Notes under the pieces: generated by a model
What the model was told of the DNA's origin: nothing
Database searches by the model: none
What the model saw: only the letters and a program-made list of their open reading frames with translations
Origin: an uncultured candidatus Porisulfidus sp.
GTDB taxonomy: Bacteria; Pseudomonadota; Gammaproteobacteria; Poriferisulfidales; Poriferisulfidaceae
Assembly (NCBI GenBank): GCA_965199755.1
Contig: CBDASZ010000002.1
Span: 32,001 to 96,000, forward strand
DNA length: 64,000 bases
Reading direction: 5' to 3'
Program-made: the position numbers and the translations under genes
Shown: positions 20,282 through 29,606 of the stretch, piece by piece
How the letters are laid out: each line of letters begins with the position of its first letter
How positions within the stretch are numbered: the stretch's first letter is position 1

Positions 20282-21391
20282 TTAAGGGGAGAGCCGTAGC
20301 AACTGTCCTTGCTCCGCATCCGTCAGCACATAAATATGTCCGTCCGCGAGTACGCGAACATCGCGAATGCGCAGCCCATGAGGCTTGGGCAGAATGTGTT
20401 CGGACAATACGCCTTCTGCATCCGGTGCCAGCCGATGCAGTTGCCGAAACTTCAGCGCGCCGACCAGAAAGTGTCCAATCCATGCAGGGAACACCGCGCC
20501 GTCATAGATCGCGAACCCCGATGGCGCGATCGACGGCGTCCATTGCCAGCGCGGCGACTCAATGCCGGGCGCTTCCTGCCATTCGCTCACGCGCCCACCA
20601 GTGTATTCCTCTCCGTAAGTGACGATCGGCCAGCCATAATTGGCACCGGCGACCACCTGATTGAGCTCATCTCCCCCTTTCGGGCCGTGTTCATGCAGCC
20701 ATAACTCGCCGGTGAGCGGATGCAGCGACATGCCTTGCGGATTGCGATGTCCGTAGGACCAGATTTCAGAATGGGCGTCCTTCTGATTCAGAAACGGGTT
20801 GTCCGACGGCAGGCTGCCGTCGGCGTGCAGACGAAGAACCTTGCCGTGATGAGAATCGAGCTGCTGCGAGCCGGCACGCTCACCGCGATCGCCTACGGTG
20901 ATGAACAGATAGCCGTCGGCATCCAGCACGAGACGCCCCGCGAAATGCCAAGTCAGGCCGCTGCACGGCTGCGCCTCAAACAGCAACTGCTCATCCGACA
21001 GGGTCTGCCCCTGCAGGCGGTAGCGGCTGACCACGGTGGTGAAGCCGCTTGCGCACGAGGCGCTGTAGCTTAGATAGATCCAGTTCTCGCCGGTCGCGAA
21101 CTGCGGATGCAGCGCGACATCCAGCAATCCGCCCTGCCCGACAAAAGCGACGTCCGGTGTACCGCTCACCATGCGGCGATTGCGCCCTTGCACGTCGAGT
21201 CGCAACAACTCACCGGGCTTGGTCGTCACCAGCAACTCGCCCTCTGGCAGTTGCGCGAGACTCCACGGGAAATTCAGGTCTTCTGCCAGCACCTCTACCC
21301 GGAGTTCTTCGGCGGCAACGGGCGACAATGACAGCCACAAACTGCAGGCGAAGACACGGCTGGTGCCGTTGACAATCCGCAAAAAACTCAT
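20282..21391 (-). CDS. PQQ-dependent aldose sugar dehydrogenase (YliI/GSDH family)
   Basis: GQGGLLDVALHPQF, WSYGHRNPQG, HEHGPKGGDELN and GANYGWP motifs; N-terminal signal-like segment. Confidence 0.9.
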   Translation of the reverse strand: MSFLRIVNGTSRVFACSLWLSLSPVAAEELRVEVLAEDLNFPWSLAQLPEGELLVTTKPGELLRLDVQGRNRRMVSGTPDVAFVGQGGLLDVALHPQFATGENWIYLSYSASCASGFTTVVSRYRLQGQTLSDEQLLFEAQPCSGLTWHFAGRLVLDADGYLFITVGDRGERAGSQQLDSHHGKVLRLHADGSLPSDNPFLNQKDAHSEIWSYGHRNPQGMSLHPLTGELWLHEHGPKGGDELNQVVAGANYGWPIVTYGEEYTGGRVSEWQEAPGIESPRWQWTPSIAPSGFAIYDGAVFPAWIGHFLVGALKFRQLHRLAPDAEGVLSEHILPKPHGLRIRDVRVLADGHIYVLTDAEQGQLLRLSP

Positions 21392-21492
21392 AAGGGTTGC
21401 ACAGGATCGGAGGCCTTATTCTATGAAGTCAATTTCTCCAAACTGCAAAACAGGCATAATTGGGGTATCGGGAATTGCCTGCTTATGCCGCT

Positions 21493-22287
21493 ATGCCCCC
21501 TGATCCTTTCTGGTTCGTCGCTGTGTTCCTGTCGGGTGCAATTGCCGGCAGTTTCCTCAATACGCTGGTCGCACGGCTGCCGAACATGCTACTGCAGCCG
21601 GCCTCCGGCCTGAGCCTGAACGCGCCACGCTCGTTTTGCCCGGTCTGCGAACACGCCTTGCGAGTGCGCGATCTGGTGCCGCTATTCAGTTATCTGGCCT
21701 TGCGCGGGCGCTGCGCACACTGCAACGTTACCATCCCGCGGCGCTACTTTGTGCTGGAACTCACCGCCGGATTGATCGCGCTGGGTGCCTGGTGGCATTT
21801 TGCCGATTTGCAAGATGCCATTGCGGTCGCCATCCTGGGCTGGGGTCTGCTTGCGCTGTCAGTCATTGACTGGCGCACCCAACTGCTGCCAGACCTGATC
21901 GTCTACCCGCTATTGTGGCTGGGCTTGTTGGTGAACCTCAATGGCACGTTTGCACCACTGGGCGATGCTGTCATCGGTGCCGCTGCCGGATATTTGAGTC
22001 TGTGGTTCTTGCATCATCTGTTCCGTCTGCTGGCGCGCGAGGAAGGCATGGGCGGCGGAGACTTCAAACTGTTTGCAGTTGGCGGTGCCTGGCTAGGCTG
22101 GATGTATCTGCCCTGGATCGCACTGCTGGCTTCTGTACTGTGCCTGTTGTCCTGGCTGGTATTGTTGTTGCGCGGGCAGCGCACCCGACAACTCGCATTC
22201 GGTCCTGCACTGTCCGCGGCAATGGCCTGGTTGCTGGTAGCGCCTGAATCCGTGCATGTGCTGGCCCAAGGGCTGAGTCTGTTATGA
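21493..22287 (+). CDS. pilD: Prepilin peptidase / N-methyltransferase
   Basis: GSFLNTLVARLP, two CxxC pairs (CPVC, CAHC), catalytic IDW and MGGGDFKL, C-terminal AFGPAL. Confidence 0.92.
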   Translation: MPPDPFWFVAVFLSGAIAGSFLNTLVARLPNMLLQPASGLSLNAPRSFCPVCEHALRVRDLVPLFSYLALRGRCAHCNVTIPRRYFVLELTAGLIALGAWWHFADLQDAIAVAILGWGLLALSVIDWRTQLLPDLIVYPLLWLGLLVNLNGTFAPLGDAVIGAAAGYLSLWFLHHLFRLLAREEGMGGGDFKLFAVGGAWLGWMYLPWIALLASVLCLLSWLVLLLRGQRTRQLAFGPALSAAMAWLLVAPESVHVLAQGLSLL

Positions 22288-22880
22288 GCGGCCTGTTGCG
22301 TCTGGGCATGACAGGCGGCGCGGCCTGCGGCAAGTCTTCATCGGCGCAGGCGTTCGCAGAACTCGGCGTGCCGATTATTGATGCCGATGATGTGGTTCGG
22401 CAGCTGACACGCCCCGGAGAGCCGCTGCTGCAGGAAGTTATCTCGCAAGCCGGTCCCTCGGTACGACACGCGGACGGAAGTCTGGACCGGGCACAGCTGC
22501 GCGATCTGCTGTTCCGGGATGCCGCCATGCGCCGCGTCATCGAAAGGGTGCTGCATCCTCCGGCGAAACGAATTATTCTCGACTGGTTCGATGAGCAGTC
22601 CGGCCCCTTGGCGATCGCCGTGGTGCCGTTGCTATTCGAGACGGACTGGCATCATGTCATGGACCGGGTGCTGGTGGTGAATTGCCCGGCCTCAGTGCAG
22701 CGCGAACGACTGTTGCAACGCGAAGGGATCACTGATGCGATGGCGAATACCATTCTGGCTTGTCAGGCTTCGGAAGCCAAGCGGCTCAGCCTGGCCGATG
22801 ATGTGCTGGACACCACCGGCACAGTAGAGGAGCTAACCGCCAAGGTCGCCGAATTGCATGAAATGTATCTGCATTTATGA
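22284..22880 (+). CDS. coaE: Dephospho-CoA kinase
   Basis: GMTGGAACGKS, IIDAD, LDRAQLR and VPLLFE motifs. Confidence 0.95.
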   Translation: MSGLLRLGMTGGAACGKSSSAQAFAELGVPIIDADDVVRQLTRPGEPLLQEVISQAGPSVRHADGSLDRAQLRDLLFRDAAMRRVIERVLHPPAKRIILDWFDEQSGPLAIAVVPLLFETDWHHVMDRVLVVNCPASVQRERLLQREGITDAMANTILACQASEAKRLSLADDVLDTTGTVEELTAKVAELHEMYLHL

Positions 22881-23665
22881 GCAACCCCTCGCTGTTCGCG
22901 CGCCATCTGATTTATGAGCATGCGATCACCAAGCGCATGCGCATTCTGACACGCGTGGATTATCTGGCGCGCCAATTCGCTCACCACTGCGAACAAACCT
23001 CAACGTGGGACCTTCGCGCCGCCATCAACACCCTGCTGGAACTCAATACCCTGATGGAGCGCAACAGCATCAAACTGGAAGTGCTGCGCGAACTGGAGCA
23101 GCGCATCAATTGGCTGGAGATGCTGCGCGATGTGAACGGCGTGGATCAACAACGCATAGACGAGATCATCACCGAGCATCAAAACCTGCTGGAGGAAGTT
23201 CGCGAGATGCCCTATCCGGTCGGCGAAACACTCACCAAACACGCCTTCATCAATACGGTGCGCCAACGCAACCAGATGCCCGGCTGCACCAGCGAAACCG
23301 ATCTGCCGCTGTATTACAAGTGGCTTAGCGACCCGCGCGTCAATCACACGATTTTGCTGCGGCAATGGTTTGAGCCTTTCACCACCATCGTCCACACCGG
23401 GCGCACCCTGCTTGACTGGATCCGTAGCAGCGCTCCGTTCCATAGCGCCTCCGCCACCCGAGGCTGGTTTGAGACTGAACTCGATGCCAGCCGCAGCCAC
23501 CAAATGATTCGGGTGAAACTGCGCACGGACACCAACCTCTATCCCGAAATCAGTGTCTCTAATCAGTCATGCACCATTGTGTTTCGTAACGGCGAGGCGC
23601 TGCACCAGCGCCCGTATCAAACCACCGATGACGTCGAGTTCGAACTCTCGCGCTGCCTGTTTTGA
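22877..23665 (+). CDS. zapD: Cell division protein ZapD
   Basis: YEHAITKRMRIL, RQRNQMPGCT..DLP, YPEIS and DVEFELSRC motifs; follows coaE. Confidence 0.85.
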   Translation: MSNPSLFARHLIYEHAITKRMRILTRVDYLARQFAHHCEQTSTWDLRAAINTLLELNTLMERNSIKLEVLRELEQRINWLEMLRDVNGVDQQRIDEIITEHQNLLEEVREMPYPVGETLTKHAFINTVRQRNQMPGCTSETDLPLYYKWLSDPRVNHTILLRQWFEPFTTIVHTGRTLLDWIRSSAPFHSASATRGWFETELDASRSHQMIRVKLRTDTNLYPEISVSNQSCTIVFRNGEALHQRPYQTTDDVEFELSRCLF

Positions 23666-23701
23666 TTAAACTGGCAGAACTTTCAAACTGAACTCAGTTC
23701 G

Positions 23702-23756
23702 ATGATCATTCGCGTCACTGTAGAGAACTTCAAACAATTTCAGAAACAGGCCTTCG
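23702..23756 (+). pseudogene. N-terminal stub of an AAA_15/SMC-like ABC ATPase
   Basis: ATG 23702 reads MIIRVTVENFKQFQKQAF, the typical 'hxxhxhxNFKxF' start of this ATPase class. No Walker A follows; the frame runs into the antisense Ig-domain sequence and stops at 23839. Confidence 0.55.
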
Positions 23757-24103
23757 GGGTCCCCGAAAACGTCCGTGTGCTTGCATTGAAGTTCAGCCAA
23801 TCCGGCAACGCAGAATCATCATCCAGAGTCGCGGTGTAGGTCAGAGTGTCCATATCTGTGTCGGTGAAGATGTCGGCCGGGAATTGATACGTGAACGCCG
23901 TGCCTGTTGTCGCCGCTTTCGATACTGCTCGAACCGTAACGTTGGTTAGAGTAGCACCCTGCGTACCGGTCGTGAAACTCATTTGGCGGAAATTGTTGAC
24001 TGTAACATTGGGTCTGGCAACCTGACTCCAATTTTGAGACTAATAGCGCGGCCGTAACCGGCGGCGCAGTGCATACAGAGGTTGCAAGCAAAAGTAACGC
24101 CAC
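23740..24103 (-). pseudogene. Frameshifted, truncated secreted protein with a putative Ig (He_PIG/CADG-like) domain
   Basis: Signal peptide VALLLLATSVCTAPPVTA. Removing one A from the A4 run (T4 at 24032-24035 on +) joins it to LVSNWSQ...QMSFTTGTQGATLTNVTV and then TGTAFTYQFPADIFTDTDMDTLTYTATLDDDSALPDWLNFNASTRTFSGTP, which stops four codons later. Confidence 0.75.
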
Positions 24104-24257
24104 CTAGACGCGCACTATGCGTCGGGGAGCGCTCAAAGAACAGGAAGCAACAGATCCCACCGAGCGGCGGAATCCGCAAGTTCGCGTAGGGGTTAATCTG
24201 CCAGAAAGGCTAGAGTAAGTGCAACGGGGGTGCTCCCCCTCAAAATGTCTTGGCATC

Positions 24258-24276
24258 GTAATGTTGTCTACATTAC
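24258..24276. promoter_or_regulatory. Perfect 7-5-7 palindrome, operator-like
   Basis: GTAATGT-TGTCT-ACATTAC in the intergenic gap upstream of the decayed Ig-domain gene. Confidence 0.4.
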
Positions 24277-24325
24277 TAGGGCTACCAGTCGTTACCAGAA
24301 CAAATCACCTTCACCACTTTTCCAC

Positions 24326-26434
24326 CTACACTGTCCCCAAATGGCGCGCCTCCCCTAGCCAGCGCTGAGTGATCGCATCCACCGCTTCTGGTGCCTGCTG
24401 TAAAAATTCCCGCGCCAGCGCCCCGACCTGCCGCAGTTGCTGCTCATCGCGCGTCAGATCGGCAACGCGAAAGACCATCTCACCTGCCTGCTGCGCTCCC
24501 AGCAACTGACCCGGACCACGCAGACGCAGGTCTTCGCGGGCAATGGCGAACCCATCGTTGCTCTCGCGCATGATTCGAATGCGCCTTCGCGCATTTTCGG
24601 TCAAAGGCGGCTTGTACAGCATCACGCAATTGCTCTGCCGGGTGCTGCGCCCGATACGCCCGCGCAACTGATGCAGTTGCGCCAGCCCCAAACGCTCCGC
24701 ATTTTCAATCACCATTAAAGAAGCACTCGGCACGTCCACACCAACCTCAATAACCGTCGTCGCTACCAGCAACTGCACCCCGCCACTCTTGAAGCGCTCA
24801 ATGGCTCGCTCCTTGTCCGCTGCCTTCATACGTCCATGCACCAGACCGATCTCCAGATCCGGCAGATCTTCGGTCAATCTGGCCCAGGAACTCTCCGCCG
24901 CCTCACACTGCAACACTTCAGAATCCTCAACCAGCGTGCAGACCCAGTACGCTTGCTGTCCGCCTAGACAGGCTTTTCGGATGCGCTGCATCAATTCCTC
25001 TCGCTTGTCTTCCGGCATCGCTACCGTGGTGACCGGTTTGCGCCCCGGCGGCAGCTCATCCAGAATTGAAGCTTCCAACTCTCCATACACAACCATGGCA
25101 AGACTGCGCGGGATCGGCGTGGCCGTCATGATGAGCTGGTGCGGCCACACCCCGTCCTGCACACCCTTGCGCTTGAGTTCCATACGCTGGTGTACGCCAA
25201 ACCGATGCTGCTCATCGATGATCAGCAAGCCCAGCCGGTCGAACTCCACACCTTTTTGAATTAGCGCATGCGTGCCGACCACCACCGGAATTTTGTGATC
25301 CTGAATCTGCTGGTATAGCGCTGTCTTCTGTGCGCGCGTCTGCGCGCTTGACAGCAACGCCACCTCAATCTCCATGGGCCGCAACCATTCCTGAAAACAG
25401 CGATAGTGCTGCTCCGCCAGCAACTCAGTCGGAGCCATAATAGCAACCTGCATACCAGAATCCACCGCGCACAAGGCCGCTGCCGCCGCCACCACTGTCT
25501 TGCCGGAACCGACGTCGCCTTGCAGCAGACGCATCATCGGCTGCTCCAGTGACATGTCCTGACGAATCTCGCTCACCACACGCTGCTGCGCCTCCGTAAA
25601 CGTAAACGGCAACCGCTCCTGAAACTGCTGGACCAGTGCCTCGCCCCCTGTAATCGCTGTCGCCGGGCGCTTGAACGCCCGCTCGCGAACACGTGCGAAC
25701 GCCAGATTGTAGGCGGCCAACTCTTCCATGATCAGACGCCGACGGAACAAGTTCGTATCTGACAAGATCGTCGCCACATCGATGCCGCGCGGCGGCGCAT
25801 GAAGGTGCTGTAAGGCTTCCATAAAGTGCGGCAACCCTTCACGGGAGAACAACTCCTCCCACAACGAATGCTCCAGTATGCCGCGATTTTCTTGCGCCCA
25901 GTCAAGCCCCCGCTCAATCAGTTTGCGCAGAGAGACTTGCGCCAAACCGGAAGTCACCGAATACACTGGTGTTAGACGCTCTTCCTTCTGCGGCTCGCTG
26001 TCGCTATCGAGAATGTCGTAGTCAGGATGAAACATGCGCAACTTGCGGCCATACAACTTGACTTCACCAAAGGCGCGCACCATCGCGCCTTCGACCAGTT
26101 GATCCTGCTGAAACCGGTTGAAGCGCATGAATAACAATTCCAGCGTCGCGCCTGAATCATCTTCCAGCAGCACGCGCAGGCGGCGGCCGCGATAAGTTTC
26201 GACTCGCGCCGCGCTGACAAACCCCATGACGCTGCATCTCTGCTCCGGCAGTAACTCATTCAGAGGAACAATGCGTGTGCGGTCCTCGTAGTTGCGCGGC
26301 AGATGCAGCAGCAGATGATCAATGCGGTGAATACCGAGCCGCGCCAGTTTCTCTTCTACGCGCGGCCCCACGCCAGAAAGCGCCCGCAATGCGGCCTGAG
26401 CCGGATCGGGCTGCGCGGGATTTTCTCGCGCCAT
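24326..26434 (-). CDS. recG: ATP-dependent DNA helicase RecG
   Basis: LQGDVGSGKT, IIDEQHRFG, MTATPIPR, LHQLRGRIGR and DLRLRGPG motifs. Confidence 0.98.
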   Translation of the reverse strand: MARENPAQPDPAQAALRALSGVGPRVEEKLARLGIHRIDHLLLHLPRNYEDRTRIVPLNELLPEQRCSVMGFVSAARVETYRGRRLRVLLEDDSGATLELLFMRFNRFQQDQLVEGAMVRAFGEVKLYGRKLRMFHPDYDILDSDSEPQKEERLTPVYSVTSGLAQVSLRKLIERGLDWAQENRGILEHSLWEELFSREGLPHFMEALQHLHAPPRGIDVATILSDTNLFRRRLIMEELAAYNLAFARVRERAFKRPATAITGGEALVQQFQERLPFTFTEAQQRVVSEIRQDMSLEQPMMRLLQGDVGSGKTVVAAAAALCAVDSGMQVAIMAPTELLAEQHYRCFQEWLRPMEIEVALLSSAQTRAQKTALYQQIQDHKIPVVVGTHALIQKGVEFDRLGLLIIDEQHRFGVHQRMELKRKGVQDGVWPHQLIMTATPIPRSLAMVVYGELEASILDELPPGRKPVTTVAMPEDKREELMQRIRKACLGGQQAYWVCTLVEDSEVLQCEAAESSWARLTEDLPDLEIGLVHGRMKAADKERAIERFKSGGVQLLVATTVIEVGVDVPSASLMVIENAERLGLAQLHQLRGRIGRSTRQSNCVMLYKPPLTENARRRIRIMRESNDGFAIAREDLRLRGPGQLLGAQQAGEMVFRVADLTRDEQQLRQVGALAREFLQQAPEAVDAITQRWLGEARHLGTV

Positions 26435-26442
26435 TGCGGCGA

Positions 26443-26829
26443 TTAGTCTTGGCGATTCAGAATCGCATCCATCTCCACCATCGCCCCCTTGGGCAAGGCC
26501 GCCACGCCGATGGCAGCGCGTGCAGGATAAGGTTGCGAGAAATACGTTTCCATGATTTCATTTACCAAAGAAAAGTGCTCCAGATCAACAAGATAGACTG
26601 TTAACTTGAGGCAGTCATCGAGTCCGGTACCTGCGGCTTTTGCCACCGCTACCAGGTTATCGAAAACCTGCGTGATCTGCGCACGCATGTCCGGGCCGAC
26701 CAACTCCATGGTGGCTGGATCAAGCGGAATCTGGCCGGACAAAAAAATCAGGGAATCAGTTTTGATGGCTTGCGAGTAGACACCGATGGCGGCAGGTGCC
26801 TCCGAGGTCTCGATGGGAATTCGCGACAT
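26443..26829 (-). CDS. ridA: RidA (YjgF/YER057c/UK114) family protein
   Basis: APAAIGVYSQA, SGQIPLDP and YPARAAIGVAALPKGAMVEMD motifs. Confidence 0.9.
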   Translation of the reverse strand: MSRIPIETSEAPAAIGVYSQAIKTDSLIFLSGQIPLDPATMELVGPDMRAQITQVFDNLVAVAKAAGTGLDDCLKLTVYLVDLEHFSLVNEIMETYFSQPYPARAAIGVAALPKGAMVEMDAILNRQD

Positions 26830-26880
26830 GATCAGGCGGGCATTGCAAAAGGCAGCCTTATCTTACGCAACGGGCAACTT

Positions 26881-29070
26881 TTAGCCTGACAAACGCTCGA
26901 CCTTGCGGACATCTGGCAGCCGACGAATGGCCTTGATCAGGCTCGCAAGGTGTGCGCGGTCACGCACATTCAAAATAAAACCCAGACTGGTGGTGCTGCC
27001 CTGCGCCTCTTCCAGTTCCACGCCATCAATATTGCTGTCCTGTGCTGCGATCGCGGCAGCGATCTGTGCCAGCAGTCCGCGCCGGTTATTGGTCGACACC
27101 CGAATCGCGACTGAATACTCGCCTTCCACCGTATCCGCCCACTTGAATGGAATCCACTGCCCGGACGTCTTGTTGCGACGCCCGCTGATATTGCGGCAGT
27201 CCCCGCGATGAATCACCAGCCCGTGCCCAATTGAGGTCATGCCCACCACGGCATCGCCTGGGATTGGGCGGCAGCATTTGGAGAAACTCACCGCCATGCC
27301 TTCGGTACCCACCAGCGCGACAACGGGTGCTTTCTCCTGACGCCGCAGGACACGTTTCCACCAGGCGGGGGAACCTTGAGGGAATGTCGCTCCCCCAGCC
27401 AGATGATGCGCGGCAATCGGTGCCATGATGCGCCCCAGCCCAATATCGCAGAACAACTGCTCCTCATCCGCGAGGCCCATGGTCTTGAGCGCTTGTGTGA
27501 TTTGTTCAGCAGGCACATCGGTGAAGTTCAGATCAAAGCGAGCCAGCGCTCGGTCCAGCAACCTCTGACCCAATGCCGCCGCCTGTTCTTCTTTCAGGCC
27601 CTTCAGATACTGGCGAATTGCGGTTCGCGCCTTCGCAGTGACTGCGAAATCCAGCCACGCCGCAGTTGGCTTGCCATGCGCGGCCGTAATGGCTTCGACC
27701 ATTTGTCCACTGGACAGTTCGCTTGACAATGGCATTGACACGCGATCAATCTTGACGCCGACGCAGGTATCACCGACATCCGAGTGTACGGCGTAGGCAA
27801 AATCCAGTGCCGTAGCGCCATGCGGCAGGCGCAGAATATCCCCTTTCGGTGTGAACACATACACCTCATGCGGGAACAAATCGACCTTGACCTGCTCCAG
27901 AAACTCCAGTGAGTCCGGTGCCGTGCGCTGCAGATCCTCAACATTCTGCAACCAGCGCGCCGCATGCGCAGGCAAGGCCAGTTCAGCGGCATCCTTGTAC
28001 TTCCAATGCGCTGCGACCCCACTTTCGGCGACCCGCTCCATGTCATCGGTGCGTACCTGTAACTCCAGCGGCACTGCTCCCGGCCCGTGCAAAGCGGTAT
28101 GCAGCGACTGGTAGCCATTCGCCTTGGGGATGGCGATGTAATCCTTGAACTTGCCCGGTATCGGCTTGTACAGACTGTGCGCGACACCCAGTGCGCGATA
28201 GCACTCATCCACCGTCCCCACGATGACCCGAAAGCCGAACACGTCATACACCTCGCTGAAGGTACAACGCTTGTCGCGCATCTTGCAGTAAATGCTGTAG
28301 GCGCTTTTCTCGCGGCTTTCCACCTGCGCCTCAATATTGCGAAAACGCAAGTTGTCGAGCAGGTTGCTCCGCGCCTGCTCCATCTGGTTGCGCTGCCGCT
28401 TGCGTTGACTTTCCATCGCTCGACTCAAAACCTGACTGCGCAGTGGGTACATGGCCTCAAACGCACGGCTTTCCAGCTCTTGACACACCGTATTCATGCC
28501 CAGACGCCGTGCGATAGGCACATAGACATCCAGCGTTTCAGTCGCGATTCGCTGGCGCTTTTGTAGTGGCAATACGGACAGGGTGCGCACGTTGTGCAAG
28601 CGATCCGCGAGTTTCACCAGAATCACGCGAATATCGCGCACCGTCGCCAGCATCATCTTGCTGAAGTTGGCGGCCTGCGCTTCGCCGCGCGACAACCCGC
28701 CGATGAGTGTTAATTTGCTGACGCCCTCGACCAGATGGGCTACATCCTCGCCAAACCGTGTGCCGATCTGCTCCTGCGCGGTCAACGTATCCTCGATGAC
28801 ATCATGCAGCAAAGCCGCGATGATGGTGTCGGCATCCAGATGTAATTCCGCCAGAGTCTCCGCGACCGCAAGCGGGTGCGTGATGTAAGGTTCGCCAGTG
28901 TAGCGACGCTGATCGCCGTGGCGTTCAGAACTGAACAGGAAGGCGCGGTAGATGCGCTGGATCTGCTCCAGATCCAGATAGCGTTCAAGTTGTTCGTGCA
29001 GGCGTCTAAAGCCTGTCGGGCCGGAAAATTCCGGGGCGGACTCTACAGCCGCTTCAAGAGCGACAGCCAT
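26881..29070 (-). CDS. spoT: Bifunctional (p)ppGpp synthetase/hydrolase
   Basis: Intact HD motif (LLHDVIED), KDYIAIPKANGYQSLHT, and TGS and ACT domains; follows rpoZ. Confidence 0.96.
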   Translation of the reverse strand: MAVALEAAVESAPEFSGPTGFRRLHEQLERYLDLEQIQRIYRAFLFSSERHGDQRRYTGEPYITHPLAVAETLAELHLDADTIIAALLHDVIEDTLTAQEQIGTRFGEDVAHLVEGVSKLTLIGGLSRGEAQAANFSKMMLATVRDIRVILVKLADRLHNVRTLSVLPLQKRQRIATETLDVYVPIARRLGMNTVCQELESRAFEAMYPLRSQVLSRAMESQRKRQRNQMEQARSNLLDNLRFRNIEAQVESREKSAYSIYCKMRDKRCTFSEVYDVFGFRVIVGTVDECYRALGVAHSLYKPIPGKFKDYIAIPKANGYQSLHTALHGPGAVPLELQVRTDDMERVAESGVAAHWKYKDAAELALPAHAARWLQNVEDLQRTAPDSLEFLEQVKVDLFPHEVYVFTPKGDILRLPHGATALDFAYAVHSDVGDTCVGVKIDRVSMPLSSELSSGQMVEAITAAHGKPTAAWLDFAVTAKARTAIRQYLKGLKEEQAAALGQRLLDRALARFDLNFTDVPAEQITQALKTMGLADEEQLFCDIGLGRIMAPIAAHHLAGGATFPQGSPAWWKRVLRRQEKAPVVALVGTEGMAVSFSKCCRPIPGDAVVGMTSIGHGLVIHRGDCRNISGRRNKTSGQWIPFKWADTVEGEYSVAIRVSTNNRRGLLAQIAAAIAAQDSNIDGVELEEAQGSTTSLGFILNVRDRAHLASLIKAIRRLPDVRKVERLSG

Positions 29071-29091
29071 AACTCCGGCAGCCCTCGATGA

Positions 29092-29529
29092 TCACGCCGC
29101 AGCCGGCTTGCCCTCATCCGGTTCTGCAGCAGCCTCGGCCGGCTCAGCCGGCGTCTCATCCTCCGGCGCGTCCGCGGCCGGTTCGCCCTCTAACGCCACC
29201 GCTTCCTCGTCCAAAACTTCTTCCAAGTCGTCCCCTTTCTGCTCCGGCAGGGTTTCCGGCTTGGTCTCAGCAACCTCGCGGTGCAGTTTGTCAAGATCCG
29301 AAACCTGGTCTTCAGCATCCACCGGAATCTGCGGCTGATTCAGGATGTCTTCAGTGATTTTGCCCGCGGCAATCTCGCGCAAGGCCAATACCGTCGGCTT
29401 GTCATCATCCCACGGTAGTAATTCGGCCGCGCCATTTTTGAGCTGGTGCGCCCGACGCGATGCCGCTAGCACCAGGTCGAAACGGTTTTCGATCTGCTCC
29501 AGACAGTCTTCAACAGTAATACGTGCCAT
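29092..29529 (-). CDS. rpoZ: RNA polymerase omega subunit with an acidic tail
   Basis: [23 protein letters not shown] and [14 protein letters not shown] motifs. Confidence 0.96.
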   Translation of the reverse strand: MARITVEDCLEQIENRFDLVLAASRRAHQLKNGAAELLPWDDDKPTVLALREIAAGKITEDILNQPQIPVDAEDQVSDLDKLHREVAETKPETLPEQKGDDLEEVLDEEAVALEGEPAADAPEDETPAEPAEAAAEPDEGKPAAA

Positions 29530-29561
29530 GAATCAATGATAAGGGCTTGAACAGGGGCGCA

Positions 29562-29596
29562 ATTATACCAGAGGTGCCTTGTCATTGTGCGATAAT
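29562..29596. promoter_or_regulatory. Divergent extended -10 elements for rpoZ (-) and tRNA-Met (+)
   Basis: TGGTATAAT on the minus strand at 29562-29570; TGCGATAAT on the plus strand at 29588-29596. Confidence 0.55.
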
Positions 29597-29606
29597 AGCC
29601 CGTTTC

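Noticed and set aside
23676-23735. Near-direct repeat AGAACT(T)TCAAAC twice, considered as a CRISPR remnant or att site
   Set aside because: Only two short imperfect copies, the second inside the ATPase stub; no cas genes or further repeats.
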